DNA from: Gammaproteobacteria bacterium
Lineage (GTDB): Bacteria > Pseudomonadota > Gammaproteobacteria > GCA-001735895
Assembly: GCA_009937625.1 (NCBI GenBank)
Contig: JAACFA010000007.1
Span: 7,939-71,938, forward strand
Direction of reading: 5' to 3'
DNA length: 64,000 nucleotides
Shown here: piece by piece, positions 1 through 9,827 of the stretch
Layout: every line of letters begins with the position of its first letter
Numbering within the stretch: position 1 is the first letter of the stretch
The notes under the pieces: model-generated
Seen by the model: the letters and a program-made list of their open reading frames with translations, nothing else
What the model was told of the DNA's origin: nothing
Database searches by the model: none
Program-made: the position numbers and the translations under genes

Positions 1-143
1 TCTAACCGAGTTAGTGGCTCATCGCGAGAGCTTGTTTAGGCCGGGTCCGGCGGAGAATCAACCGGGTCGATACCCACGTCGCGCGAGCCGGAAACCCGTC
101 CATCTGTGGTGCCGGGCTAACTCCTGGCTGCAGCGCGGCGCGC

Positions 144-1820
144 CTATCCCGCCGGATTGAGCGGCATCAATTCCGCTGGCACCGCCCCTGCTTTGCGATG
201 ACTTTGCTCGAGCTGCCGGCATAGCCGCAGGAGCTCGGCGCCCTGCCAGGCTTCGCGTGACCTGGCGTACAGGCTGGTATTCAGGATTTCGACCTCGCGC
301 CTGAACTCGGGACCGAACTCGACGCCGAGCTGGTGCAGGTTGTGAATCGCTCGCGGCGCCAACAACGCCCGACCCCACGCCAGCAGAGCCTGCCGCGCGG
401 CTCCGGCATCAGCCGCCGCGCAGGCCTGCTGCAACTCCCGGCGCGCCTGACGCAGTGACGGGTGCTCGTCGGGACGCGCTACGAGCGGCGCCCGGCGGCG
501 CGCGGCGAACCACCAGTAAAGCGCGCTCGAGCCCCAACCGCAGGCCAACAACAGGCTCAACCAGAGCCAGAATGGATTAGCCTCGACCACCGGCGGCGCG
601 GCAGCGGGCGCGAGCCCGGGATCTGCCTCCGCCTCGTCCCGCGGCGGCGTTATCACTGCGACAGCGGTGGGGCCGACCAGCAGTTCGCGCTCGGGAATGG
701 TCGCAATCTCCACCTGGCCGGTTTCCAGGTTCCACCACGGCAGGTTTATTTCAGGTACGCGGTAACTGCCCTCGGCGCCCGGAATCAGCGCAACCTTTTG
801 CTCACGCTTGCCGCGTATGCCGTCGCTACTGCGGCTGTTTTCGAGGCCCGGTTGATCCGGATACTGCTTGATACCATCGATCGGCAGTAGCGACAGCTCC
901 GGCAGCTGCGCGGCGGTCAGTCCGTCGGCAACCAGGGTCAGGCTGCGCGTGATCGGCTCGCCGGCGACGAGTCCCGTCAGATCGCCCTGCCAGTTTTCCC
1001 GCAGCTCGAGTTTTTTCGCCGGCAGCCAGTAAGCTTGCTGGAAATCCGGGGGTATCGGCTCGACCTCGACGGTTACCGGCGGCGAGCGCAGGCGACGAAC
1101 CTCGCCCCCGGTGCGGAAGGGATCGAAGCTGGATTGCGACGGCAGCCGTACCTCGGCCATCACCGGCGCCACCCGAAGATTCCCGCTTTGCTGCGGGAAC
1201 AGCGCGAAGCGCTGCTCCAGCACCAGGTAGGACCGGTCGGCAATGCGGGTCTGGTATTGCCGCACGTCGCCCAGGGGCTCGACCACCGCATCGAGGTTTT
1301 CGACCTCGATATCGCCGAACTTGTAATTCGAGATATTGACCGCGCTCAGCAGGCGCAGGGTAACGATGACCTGGCTCTGCACGTAGGCCTCGGACGGATC
1401 GGCAAGCATTTCCAGCACCAGCTTGTCCTGCGGCACCGAGGCCAGGCTCGAAGGTTTGACCGTAACCTGAAACGGCGTGCTACGCTCCTGGTCGAAGCGA
1501 ATCGCCGGGATCATGTACTCCCCGATCTGCTTCGGCATCAGCTGCAAGGTATAGCGAACGCTGCGCCGATACTCGCCGTTGATGATACTGATACTGCTGC
1601 TGCGACTATTGTTGAGAATCAGGAAGTGCTGCTGCAGGCTGGAAAAATCCGGCTCGGTATCCGGACTCTGGTCCAGCGAAAACACCAGCTGGAAGGATTC
1701 ATTCACCTGCACCGGGTTACGATCGATGCTGACCTCAACTTCAGCCCGCGCGGACGGCGCCCAGGCGCTAGCCAGCAGCAGCGTGAGCCACAACCATACC
1801 GACAGGTTCCGCTTCACCAT
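144..1820 (-). CDS. batD: BatD-like aerotolerance operon protein (signal peptide, about 560 aa)
   Basis: 591-aa ORF. An internal Met begins a typical signal peptide (MVKRNLSVWLWLTLLLASAWA). It is the last gene of the MoxR/DUF58/BatA/BatB operon, which fits a BatD-family oxygen-tolerance protein. Confidence 0.7.
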   Translation of the reverse strand: MVKRNLSVWLWLTLLLASAWAPSARAEVEVSIDRNPVQVNESFQLVFSLDQSPDTEPDFSSLQQHFLILNNSRSSSISIINGEYRRSVRYTLQLMPKQIGEYMIPAIRFDQERSTPFQVTVKPSSLASVPQDKLVLEMLADPSEAYVQSQVIVTLRLLSAVNISNYKFGDIEVENLDAVVEPLGDVRQYQTRIADRSYLVLEQRFALFPQQSGNLRVAPVMAEVRLPSQSSFDPFRTGGEVRRLRSPPVTVEVEPIPPDFQQAYWLPAKKLELRENWQGDLTGLVAGEPITRSLTLVADGLTAAQLPELSLLPIDGIKQYPDQPGLENSRSSDGIRGKREQKVALIPGAEGSYRVPEINLPWWNLETGQVEIATIPERELLVGPTAVAVITPPRDEAEADPGLAPAAAPPVVEANPFWLWLSLLLACGWGSSALYWWFAARRRAPLVARPDEHPSLRQARRELQQACAAADAGAARQALLAWGRALLAPRAIHNLHQLGVEFGPEFRREVEILNTSLYARSREAWQGAELLRLCRQLEQSHRKAGAVPAELMPLNPAG

Positions 1821-3646
1821 GACTGGCCCTCCGCATCGACGCCACCGCGCTTGCGATACTGGTAGAGAAACTTGCGCCGCAGCAGGCCACCCGGGTCGTC
1901 CGGAATCTTGCGCAGCCACTGCTCAGCGGCCTGCTCCGACATTTGCTGATCGAGGCGGGTAAGCTGTTCGGCATCGCCCTGCGCCGGCCCATTCGTATCG
2001 GGCTGTCGCTCCGCCTGCTGCGCTTCGGACTGTTCGGCCGCGTCCCCCTGCGTCTGCCGGGGCTCGCCTTCGGCCGGGTTCTGCGGCCCCGAATCCTGCG
2101 CTCCGTCCTGCCCCGGCTGCTGCTGCGCCTGCTGCGGGTCACCCTGCGGCTGTTTTCCCTGCTGACTGTCGGCCTGCGACGGGTCTCCCTGGCGCTCGCC
2201 CTGCCCGGATTCCTGCTGTTGCTCGCCCTGCTGGTTCTGCTGCTGGTTCTGCTGCTGTTGCTGTTGCTGTTCGAGAAACTTCTCGATCTGCTGCTTGTTA
2301 TAAAGCGCATCCTGGTGTCCGGGGTCATCGCGCAACAGCGTTTCGTAGGCCTGTAACGCTTCGCCAAGACGTCCGAGCCGGGCCAGCGCGTTGCCGCGGT
2401 TATAGAGCGCGTCGGCGCCCTCGAGCTGCTGCCAGGTCTCGAGCGCGGCGCTGTAATCACCCGCCTGGTAGCGCGACGAGGCCTGCCACTCCGGCTTATC
2501 GAACAGTTCGGCGGCGGCCTCGTGTTCACCTTGCTCGAACATTTTGCTGGCGCGCTGATCCGGATTTTGCCAGATCGACTGCCAGTCGAGCGCACTCGCG
2601 TCCGGCGGCATAACCGCGAGCCAGAACGGTAGCAGCCAGATCATTCCGCGCCGAAAAGCCAACGCCGCAAACGGCAACAGGACCAGCAGCAACCCGGGGC
2701 CGAGTTCACGCCACAAATCGGCGGCACCGTCGGCCAGCCGGGCCTCGCGTTCGTCGACGTCCGACTCCAGCAGGTAAGCCAGCGTATTGATGTCGATATC
2801 GTCGGTGCTAATGGTGGCGTAAACCCCGCCGCCGAGTTGCGCGATGCGGCGCAGATTATCTTCCTGCAGGCGCGCGATCACGATTGCGTCGTCGCGATCC
2901 TTGAGGAAGCCGCCGTTTTTCAGCGGCACCGGGCCGCCGTCTAACGTGCCGATCGCAAGCACCGAGAGTCGATGGCCGGGCTTTTCGGCCCGCAAGGCCT
3001 CGACCCGTTCCAGTTCGCGCGCGCTGAGCCCGTCGCTGATCAGCAGCACGTCGCCACGGGTCACGCCGCTATTTTCGAACAGCTCGAAGGCGAGGCTGAT
3101 GGCACGATCGGCACGCGTGCCCTGCGCCGGCATCATTTCACTCTCGAGCACCGGCAATAACGCCATGATGGTATCCACATCGGTGGTTAGCGGCGTCACG
3201 GTGAAGGCGTCAGCGGCATAAACCAGCAGCGCCGTCTGCCCTTCCAGCCTCAGGTTGAGTATGTCGGTAATCTTGTGCCGTGCGCGGGTCAGCCGGCTGG
3301 GTTTGATATCGGCGGCATTCATCGAGCGCGACAGATCGAGTGCGATGACCAACGCGGTTTCCTTGTGAAACAGCTGCTGCGGCAATTTCTCCCAGGTGGG
3401 TCCGGCCAGCGCGACGATCGCCAGTGCCGCGACCGCAGCGAAAATCCAGCGCGTCGCACTACGCCGTTGCTGATCGACGCCGCTGAGCACGAACGGCAGC
3501 AAGCGCTCGTCGATAACCGTGCGCCAGCTACCGCTGTCGTAGCGCGCCCTGAATAACAGCCACAGTATCAGTGACAGGGGTATCAGCGACAGCAGCCAGC
3601 CCGGTCGCAGGAAGTGGAACTGTTCGATCACGTCCGACCCCATAGT
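1814..3646 (-). CDS. batB: BatB/BatC fusion: transmembrane vWA domain plus TPR domain with a Gln-rich linker
   Basis: N-terminal TM helices, then a vWA/MIDAS motif (DLSRSM...LISDG). The C-terminal part has TPR-like repeats (ALYNRGNALARLGRLGEALQAYE). A poly-Q/N low-complexity stretch lies in between. It overlaps the batD start by 7 nt. Confidence 0.8.
   Translation of the reverse strand, partial: TMGSDVIEQFHFLRPGWLLSLIPLSLILWLLFRARYDSGSWRTVIDERLLPFVLSGVDQQRRSATRWIFAAVAALAIVALAGPTWEKLPQQLFHKETALVIALDLSRSMNAADIKPSRLTRARHKITDILNLRLEGQTALLVYAADAFTVTPLTTDVDTIMALLPVLESEMMPAQGTRADRAISLAFELFENSGVTRGDVLLISDGLSARELERVEALRAEKPGHRLSVLAIGTLDGGPVPLKNGGFLKDRDDAIVIARLQEDNLRRIAQLGGGVYATISTDDIDINTLAYLLESDVDEREARLADGAADLWRELGPGLLLVLLPFAALAFRRGMIWLLPFWLAVMPPDASALDWQSIWQNPDQRASKMFEQGEHEAAAELFDKPEWQASSRYQAGDYSAALETWQQLEGADALYNRGNALARLGRLGEALQAYETLLRDDPGHQDALYNKQQIEKFLEQQQQQQQNQQQNQQGEQQQESGQGERQGDPSQADSQQGKQPQGDPQQAQQQPGQDGAQDSGPQNPAEGEPRQTQGDAAEQSEAQQAERQPDTNGPAQGDAEQLTRLDQQMSEQAAEQWLRKIPDDPGGLLRRKFLYQYRKRGGVDAEGQSW
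2227..2271. repeat. Trinucleotide (CAG/CAA-type) tandem repeat encoding the poly-Q/N linker of BatB/C
   Basis: ctgctggttctg x2, then ctgttg x3 on the plus strand, which is CAG CAG AAC CAG... on the coding strand. Confidence 0.6.
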
Positions 3647-4614
3647 CGCGGCGCCACCAGCATCCCGGCCAGCGCCAATGCTGCCGCCAGCGGCCACGCG
3701 AACAGGGCATCGACCGAGCGCAGGTTCTGCTGATCGCGCGGGATTGGCTCGAGCGTGTCGAGTTGGGCATAAATCTGCTCCAGCTCGGCGCTGTCGCGCG
3801 CGCGAAAATAACTGCCACCGGTGACCTGCGCAATCTCGCGCAGCGTCTTTTCGTCGAGCTGCGCCGACGGGTTGACGCGGCGCAGCCCAAACCAGGTGGT
3901 CTCGATCTGCTCATCGGCGCCGATACCGATGGTGTAAATCTTGAGCTCGCGGCTGGCGGCCAGCTGCGCCGCCTTGAGAGGCGTAACCTCGCCCGCGGTA
4001 TTGGCGCCATCGGTCATCAGTATCAGCACCCGCGAGTTACCCGACTCGAGATCGAGGCGCTTGATGGCCAGCCCGATCGCGTCCCCGATCGCGGTGCGCT
4101 CGCCGGCCAGACCGATCGCTGATTCGCGCAGCAGGCGATTGACGGTCTTGCTGTCGAAGGTCAAAGGGCTCTGCAGGTAAGCCTGGGTACCGAACAGGAT
4201 CAGCCCCAATCGATCGCCGCGACGGCGTTCTATGAAATTGCTGGCCACCCGCTTGGTGGCCGTCAGGCGGTCGACCTGCTTGCCCTCGACCAGGAAGTCC
4301 GCGGTGCGCATGCTGTCGGACAGGTCCACCGCCAGCATCAGGTCGCGCCCGCTGATCGGTATCGCAACCGATTCGCCGAGCCACTGCGGCCGGCTCGCCG
4401 CCAGTACCAGCAGCAGCCAGGCCAGCAGGCTCAACAACTGGCGCCAACGCCGCGGCCTGATGCTGGCCTGCGGCGCCGGCCCGAGCCGAAAATCGTCCAG
4501 CGCCGGCACGCGCAGCGCAGCCTGCTGTTGCGCGCTTCGCGCCGGCAGGGCGTAATAAACCAACGCCGGCAACGGTATCAGCAACAGCGCCAGCGGCCAC
4601 TCAAGCTGAAACAT
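3628..4614 (-). CDS. batA: BatA-like vWA-domain membrane protein
   Basis: vWA/MIDAS motif (AVDLSDSM...LMTDGANT) with N- and C-terminal TM segments. The start was chosen at MFQLEWPLALLLIPLP. Confidence 0.8.
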   Translation of the reverse strand: MFQLEWPLALLLIPLPALVYYALPARSAQQQAALRVPALDDFRLGPAPQASIRPRRWRQLLSLLAWLLLVLAASRPQWLGESVAIPISGRDLMLAVDLSDSMRTADFLVEGKQVDRLTATKRVASNFIERRRGDRLGLILFGTQAYLQSPLTFDSKTVNRLLRESAIGLAGERTAIGDAIGLAIKRLDLESGNSRVLILMTDGANTAGEVTPLKAAQLAASRELKIYTIGIGADEQIETTWFGLRRVNPSAQLDEKTLREIAQVTGGSYFRARDSAELEQIYAQLDTLEPIPRDQQNLRSVDALFAWPLAAALALAGMLVAPRLWGRT

Positions 4615-5083
4615 GGTTCCGTTCCCGTGGCAGATTTCGAATCCATTTTTCGCAGGCCTGCAACAGGCCGTCGACATCGCCGTCGAGCTGCGCCCGGTAA
4701 CGGTCGCGCGTCAGCAGCCGCAGCTGGTCGTCGCTGAAACCGTGCCGCGGCGCGAGCTGTTCGAGCTCGGCGAGCCAGTCCTCGCCGGTGCTGGCCGCGT
4801 GCCGCTCGCGTCCGCGGTAGCTGATCAGCACGCGGCGCAACAGGCACGCGACCTGGCTGACGGTGGCCTGGGCGCTCTGCCCGTCGGCATGCGCCTCGCG
4901 GATCAGCTCGAACTCGCGCAGCGTCAGGCGCGACAGCGGCTGGTGCCGGTATCGACGGCGCAGCCACGGCAGCGCCAGCGTCAGCAGCACCAGCAGCAGC
5001 ACCAGCAGCCACCAGCCAGGGGCCGGTGGCCACCACAGGCTGACGTCAGGTAGATGGATATCGCGCAATTCGAGCTCGTTCAT
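4601..5083 (-). CDS. DUF4381-like small membrane protein of the MoxR/Bat operon
   Basis: Single TM helix (WWLLVLLLVLLTLALPWL). The position between DUF58 and BatA is conserved in Bat operons. Confidence 0.55.
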   Translation of the reverse strand: MNELELRDIHLPDVSLWWPPAPGWWLLVLLLVLLTLALPWLRRRYRHQPLSRLTLREFELIREAHADGQSAQATVSQVACLLRRVLISYRGRERHAASTGEDWLAELEQLAPRHGFSDDQLRLLTRDRYRAQLDGDVDGLLQACEKWIRNLPRERNHVSA

Positions 5084-6003
5084 CGGCTCTGCAACCCGAG
5101 GCCGGTTTTCAGTTCGGTCAGCATATCGTCTTCGGTGGCAATGTCGATCAGGAACAGACCGAGTTCGCGGCACAGCCGCTCCAGCGCCTGCAGATGCTCG
5201 TCGTAGCGTTCCCGATAGCGAGCACGCACCCGATCGCTCGAAGTATCGATATCCAGGTTATCGACGCCGTCGGTGAGACGGTAATAGCCGCCATCGGGTA
5301 GCCTGCGCTCGAACGGGTCATAGGTATGAATCATGACGACGTCGTTGTGCCGCGCCAGCTGGACCAGCTGGGCCCGACAATCCGCGTCGACAAAACGGAA
5401 ATCGCTGAACAGGATGACCAGGCTGCCCGGGCGCGTCACCTGGCGCAGGCGCATCAGCGCCCTGAGGCCGGTTTTCGGATCGCGCTCGACGCTATCGTTT
5501 CGCTCCCAGGCGGGATGGGCGACCAGTTGCTGGATGAAATTGAGCACCGTGTGCTTGCCGCGCGCCGGGCGCGACTCGATATGCTGCTGCTCGGAAAACA
5601 CCAGGTAGCCGAGGCGGTCGCCGTGCTGCACGCTGCTCCAGGCCAGGAGCGCGGAAAGTTTCGCCGCCAGCACCGATTTGAAGCAGGTCCGGGTGCCGAA
5701 AAACATCGAACGCGACAGGTCCAGCCATAACAGCACCGGGCGCTCGCGCTCCTCGCGGTAAATCTTGGTATGGGTTTCGCCACTGCGTGCGGTAACCCGC
5801 CAGTCGATGGCTCGAATATCGTCGCCCGGCTGGTAGGGGCGCGATTCGTGGTATTCCATGCCGCGACCGCGCAAGGCCGACAGGTGCCCGCCCGCCATCT
5901 GCGCCTTGACCGAGTTCGACAGCAACGGCAGGCCGAGCGCGTCGCGATTCAGGCCGATCAGGGTGGACTGTTTGACGCGGACGATATCGTCGCCTGTTTC
6001 CAT
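5080..6003 (-). CDS. DUF58-domain protein (MoxR partner with a vWA-like fold)
   Basis: 307 aa, located immediately downstream of the MoxR ATPase. The sequence pattern is typical of DUF58 proteins. Confidence 0.8.
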   Translation of the reverse strand: METGDDIVRVKQSTLIGLNRDALGLPLLSNSVKAQMAGGHLSALRGRGMEYHESRPYQPGDDIRAIDWRVTARSGETHTKIYREERERPVLLWLDLSRSMFFGTRTCFKSVLAAKLSALLAWSSVQHGDRLGYLVFSEQQHIESRPARGKHTVLNFIQQLVAHPAWERNDSVERDPKTGLRALMRLRQVTRPGSLVILFSDFRFVDADCRAQLVQLARHNDVVMIHTYDPFERRLPDGGYYRLTDGVDNLDIDTSSDRVRARYRERYDEHLQALERLCRELGLFLIDIATEDDMLTELKTGLGLQSR

Positions 6004-6015
6004 GACCTGTCCCGC

Positions 6016-6981
6016 TTAAGGCACGGCGACCCGTACCAGGATTTCATCGATACAGCTATCGGCAGTCCTGCCCTCGGCCTCGGCCTCGAAACTCAGGATG
6101 ATGCGATGACGCAGCACGTCTGGTGCGATCAGCTGGATATCTTCCGGCACCACGAAATCACGGTTGTCGAGCCAGGCATAGGCGCGCGCGCAGCGGTCCA
6201 GCGCCATGGTGGCGCGCGGGCTGGCGCCGTGCTGAATCCAGCCGCCGAGTTCCTCGCCGTAGCGGCTAGCGCTGCGCGTGGCGAGCACGATTTCGATAAT
6301 GTAATCCTCGAGGCTTTCGTCGAGGTGAATCTCGAGCACCGCGTCGCGCGCGTCGAGCAGGCTTTGCTGGCTTATCACAGCGGCCGATGGCGCGCGGCTA
6401 TCGAAACTTGAACGAGCCTCGTCGCGGGTTAGCGCAAGAATCGACTTTTCATCCGTGCCAGACGGGTAATCGACGCGTACGTGCATCAGAAATCGATCGA
6501 GCTGCGCCTCCGGCAGCGGGTAGGTGCCTTCCTGTTCGAGCGGGTTTTGCGTCGCCATGACGAGAAAGATTTTCGGTAGCGGGTAAGTCTCGGTGCCAAC
6601 GGTAATCTGGCGCTCGGCCATGGCCTCGAGCAGCGCCGACTGCACCTTGGCCGGAGCGCGATTGATTTCATCCGCGAGGATCAGGTTATGGAACAGCGGA
6701 CCGCGCTGAAACTTGAAACTGCCGTCCTGCGGGCGGTAAATCTCGGTGCCGGTCAGGTCTGCGGGCAGCAGGTCGGGGGTGAATTGCACGCGATGGAAAT
6801 CACCCTCGATACTCTGGCCCAGTACCTTGATCGCACGCGTCTTGGCGAGCCCGGGGGCGCCTTCGACGAGCAAATGGCCGTCCGCAAGAATCGCGATCAA
6901 CAAGCGATCGATCAGGCCCTGCTGACCGATAATCTTGGAGCTTACCGCCTGCTTTAAATTCAATATTTCCTGTTGCGACAA
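6016..6981 (-). CDS. moxR: MoxR-family AAA+ ATPase
   Basis: Walker A motif GAPGLAKT, Walker B motif ILADEINRA and the conserved ATQNP...LPEAQLDRF segment. Confidence 0.9.
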   Translation of the reverse strand: MSQQEILNLKQAVSSKIIGQQGLIDRLLIAILADGHLLVEGAPGLAKTRAIKVLGQSIEGDFHRVQFTPDLLPADLTGTEIYRPQDGSFKFQRGPLFHNLILADEINRAPAKVQSALLEAMAERQITVGTETYPLPKIFLVMATQNPLEQEGTYPLPEAQLDRFLMHVRVDYPSGTDEKSILALTRDEARSSFDSRAPSAAVISQQSLLDARDAVLEIHLDESLEDYIIEIVLATRSASRYGEELGGWIQHGASPRATMALDRCARAYAWLDNRDFVVPEDIQLIAPDVLRHRIILSFEAEAEGRTADSCIDEILVRVAVP

Positions 6982-7080
6982 GAATTAACCTCTCAGCCCG
7001 GTAAAAATTTTAATGAAACGCGCATCCAGCGCAGGTTTAGATTATGAATCCGGGCCAAAGTTTACCCGATTCGAGGGTAA

Positions 7081-7731
7081 TTAAGGAAGCAGGTGGCCGG
7101 TTTTGATCCAGATGACGGTTTCTGCTTCGACATATGGGTAGTGCTCGCTATTATGGGGGTAGCGAATCCAGGTTCCGGCCGGGTACTCGCCGTACTCGTC
7201 GAAAAGGGTACCGGACAACACGAACACTTCTTCACCACCGAAGTGTTGATGTTGATCGTAACGCGCGCCGGCGGGCCACTTGTAGAGGGCAACCATTTCG
7301 GTTTCGTAGTAATAAAGCGGCATCACCCTGACGTCGTTTTCGCCCGGCAGCCAGGCGGTCGAATTGGTATCGATGCGCAGGCTGATGTCGTCGAGAGGAT
7401 CGAACTGGTCGAGCTTGACCAGCAGCTCGCAACCCTGCTCACTGAAGGGAGCGTGCGAGGAACCGGGCGGGTTGCGAATATAGGTGCCGGCAGGATAGTC
7501 GCCTTCTTCATCCGAAAACACGCCGTCGAGTACGAAAATCTCTTCGCCTTTCGGGTGCGGATGCGACGAAAAATGTGAATTCGCATCGTAGCGCACGACG
7601 CTGGTAGTATGCCCATGCTCGGCGGCTTCGCGCGCCAGCGGTTTGCGCCATACCCCCGTCATCGGGCTCGCCTCCCACTCCATCTCGGCGGTATTGACTA
7701 TTACCGTCTTGTCGAACTGCATATTCAGCAT
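7081..7731 (-). CDS. Bicupin (two ChrR-like cupin_7 domains) protein
   Basis: Two repeated segments with the HxH...E...H cupin pattern (HPHPKGEEIFVLDG and HQHFGGEEVFVLSG). No adjacent sigma factor is present. Confidence 0.55.
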   Translation of the reverse strand: MLNMQFDKTVIVNTAEMEWEASPMTGVWRKPLAREAAEHGHTTSVVRYDANSHFSSHPHPKGEEIFVLDGVFSDEEGDYPAGTYIRNPPGSSHAPFSEQGCELLVKLDQFDPLDDISLRIDTNSTAWLPGENDVRVMPLYYYETEMVALYKWPAGARYDQHQHFGGEEVFVLSGTLFDEYGEYPAGTWIRYPHNSEHYPYVEAETVIWIKTGHLLP

Positions 7732-7927
7732 GACGCGAAATTTACAAATTCTGCCGCGTCGGTGCAACCGACAGTTTCACATAAATCAAAAAAGCATCGC
7801 CCGGTTCGCAGCAGCCTCTTAATCAACAGAGAAGATTTTTGTTCGCACGCCGGTTTGCGTTCCAGACGCAACCCGCACTCCTACTTCCATGTACTCGAGC
7901 GCCGCAGTTTCTTTACCACCAAGAATA

Positions 7928-8091
7928 TTTTTTGTTCCCTGGCCGTCGCGAGCGCAGCGAGTGCAAGGCGGAATTTTGCGCGATGGCGCGAGCAGTACAG
8001 ACCGGTACGCGAGCGTCTCGCACAAAATTCCAACGCCTCAATCGCGGCGCGCAGCAGGCCAGGGAACAAAAAAAAGCAGCCCTGGGGCTGC
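7928..8091. repeat. About 165-nt compound inverted-repeat element with an embedded intrinsic terminator
   Basis: Outer 17-nt inverted repeat: ttttttgttccctggcc at 7928-7944 and ggccagggaacaaaaaa at 8057-8073. The interior carries imperfect nested inverted repeats. It ends in GCAGCCCtggGGCTGC, flanked by an A8 run on the plus strand, which is a T8 run on the minus strand. Confidence 0.6.
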
Positions 8092-8389
8092 TTCAAGTTC
8101 GGATCCATAAACTACAGGATCCTGGTGCGCCTGCTCGTGCCGATGAAACCTGAAAGCACTGAGCCGAACAACCATACCGCAAACGGTAAAGGCACCGGAG
8201 AAACCTGTTCGCACCTGATTGTGAAACAACGCCGCCCGTTGGGAATCACCCAAACGAGTTAAATTTGCCTAAATTCAGGCATTTAGAGGAAAAACTGTGA
8301 ACCAGTACCGGTCAGTCCAGACGCCGGGTCGCGGCGCCGGCGGGTCCGAACGCGCCAGCATGGAACAGCATGGCGCAAAAAATCATGAA

Positions 8390-8416
8390 TCCCGCGACCG
8401 GAAAGGCCGCGGGCTA
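8390..8416 (-). terminator. Intrinsic terminator downstream of pntB
   Basis: Minus-strand hairpin CCCGCGGCC-tttcc-GGTCGCGGG followed by a T-rich tract (ATTCATGATTTTTTG), just after the pntB stop codon. Confidence 0.55.
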
Positions 8417-8429
8417 AGAGTAGGGAGAC

Positions 8430-9821
8430 TTAAATGGCCTGCGCCAGCGCGTCGAGGGTTTCCTTGGCGTCGCCGAACAGCATACGCGTGTTTTCCTTGA
8501 CGAACAGCGGGTTGTCGACCCCGGCATAGCCGGCGGCCATGCCGCGCTTCAGCACTACCGTGGTCTTGCCTTTCCAGACCTCCAGCACCGGCATGCCGGC
8601 GATCGGGCTGTCGGCATCTTCCTGCGCCAGCGGGTTCACCGTATCGTTGGCGCCGACCACGATGGAGACATCTATATTGGGAAAGTCATCGTTGATCTCG
8701 TCCATTTCGAACACGATATCGTAGGGCACCTTGGCTTCCGCCAACAGCACGTTCATGTGACCCGGCATGCGTCCCGCTACCGGGTGAATACCGAAGCGGA
8801 CGTTGATGCCTTTGCCGATCAGAGTTTTGGTGATTTCGGCGATCGCGTGCTGCGCCTGCGCGGTCGCCATACCGTAACCCGGCACCACCATGATCTCCTT
8901 GGCGTTGTTGAGCAGTTCCGCCATCGCCGGGATATCGATGGTTTGCACTTCGCCCTCGATACTGGCGCCACCAGTGGAAGTGCCGCCCGAGGTACCGAAA
9001 CCGCCGGCGATAACGCTGATGAAATGACGGTTCATCGCACGGCACATGATGTAACTCAGGATTGCGCCGCTACTGCCGACCAGCGCGCCGGTGACGATCA
9101 GCAAATCGTTGGACAGCATGAAACCGGTCGCGGCCGCCGCCCAGCCGGAGTAGCTGTTCAGCATCGAAATGACCACCGGCATGTCGGCGCCGCCGATCGC
9201 GGCCACCATGTGTATGCCGAACAGCAGCGCGATCACGGTCATCGCCAGCAGCAGCATTATGGCCTGGTCATGATCAGCCGTCCCGACAAACTCGACCGCG
9301 ATCACGATCACGCCTATGAACATCGCCAGATTGAGCCAGTGGCGCGCCGGCAGCAGCATCGGCTGACCGCCGATCATACCGCTGAGCTTGCCGTAGGCAA
9401 CCACCGAGCCGGTAAAGGTCAGCGCGCCGATAGCGATACCGATATAGACCTCGATTTCATGGATGGTTTTCTCGACCCCGGTGTACTGGATCGTCGGGTC
9501 CATGAAATTGGCGAAACCGATCAATACCGCGGCGAGCCCGACCAGGCTGTGCAGGATCGCGACCAGTTCCGGCATCTGCGTCATCTGCACCCGGCGCGAC
9601 AGGACAAAGCCGATAACGCCGCCGACGATCATGATGCCGATAAGCACCTCGTGGTGCGCGGTGACGAATGCCGCAATGGTCACTACCACCGCGATAATCA
9701 TACCGATGATGCCGAACAGGTTGCCGCGACGCGCGGTAACGTTGGTACTCAGACCGCCGAGTGCGAGGATGAACAGCGCCGCGGCGCCGAGATAGGAAAC
9801 GGTAATCAGGCTGGGAGACAT
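8430..9821 (-). CDS. pntB: NAD(P) transhydrogenase subunit beta
   Basis: 463-aa polytopic membrane N-terminus with a C-terminal NADP(H)-binding domain (GYGMA..AQ...[12 protein letters not shown]). Confidence 0.95.
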   Translation of the reverse strand: MSPSLITVSYLGAAALFILALGGLSTNVTARRGNLFGIIGMIIAVVVTIAAFVTAHHEVLIGIMIVGGVIGFVLSRRVQMTQMPELVAILHSLVGLAAVLIGFANFMDPTIQYTGVEKTIHEIEVYIGIAIGALTFTGSVVAYGKLSGMIGGQPMLLPARHWLNLAMFIGVIVIAVEFVGTADHDQAIMLLLAMTVIALLFGIHMVAAIGGADMPVVISMLNSYSGWAAAATGFMLSNDLLIVTGALVGSSGAILSYIMCRAMNRHFISVIAGGFGTSGGTSTGGASIEGEVQTIDIPAMAELLNNAKEIMVVPGYGMATAQAQHAIAEITKTLIGKGINVRFGIHPVAGRMPGHMNVLLAEAKVPYDIVFEMDEINDDFPNIDVSIVVGANDTVNPLAQEDADSPIAGMPVLEVWKGKTTVVLKRGMAAGYAGVDNPLFVKENTRMLFGDAKETLDALAQAI

Positions 9822-9827
9822 CGTTTA

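Noticed and set aside
58-378. 106-aa ORF at the window start
   Set aside because: It overlaps the batD 3' end on the same strand in another frame and has an Arg/Ala-rich composition. It is not supported.
8098-8125. Two GGATCC sites forming a short palindrome (ggatccataaactacaggatcc)
   Set aside because: It gives only a 6-bp stem with no accompanying motif, so it is probably incidental.
7839-8253. Small ORFs (60-105 aa) in the pntB-bicupin spacer
   Set aside because: They run straight through the palindromic element and the terminator hairpin, and are low-complexity. Noncoding structure explains the region better.
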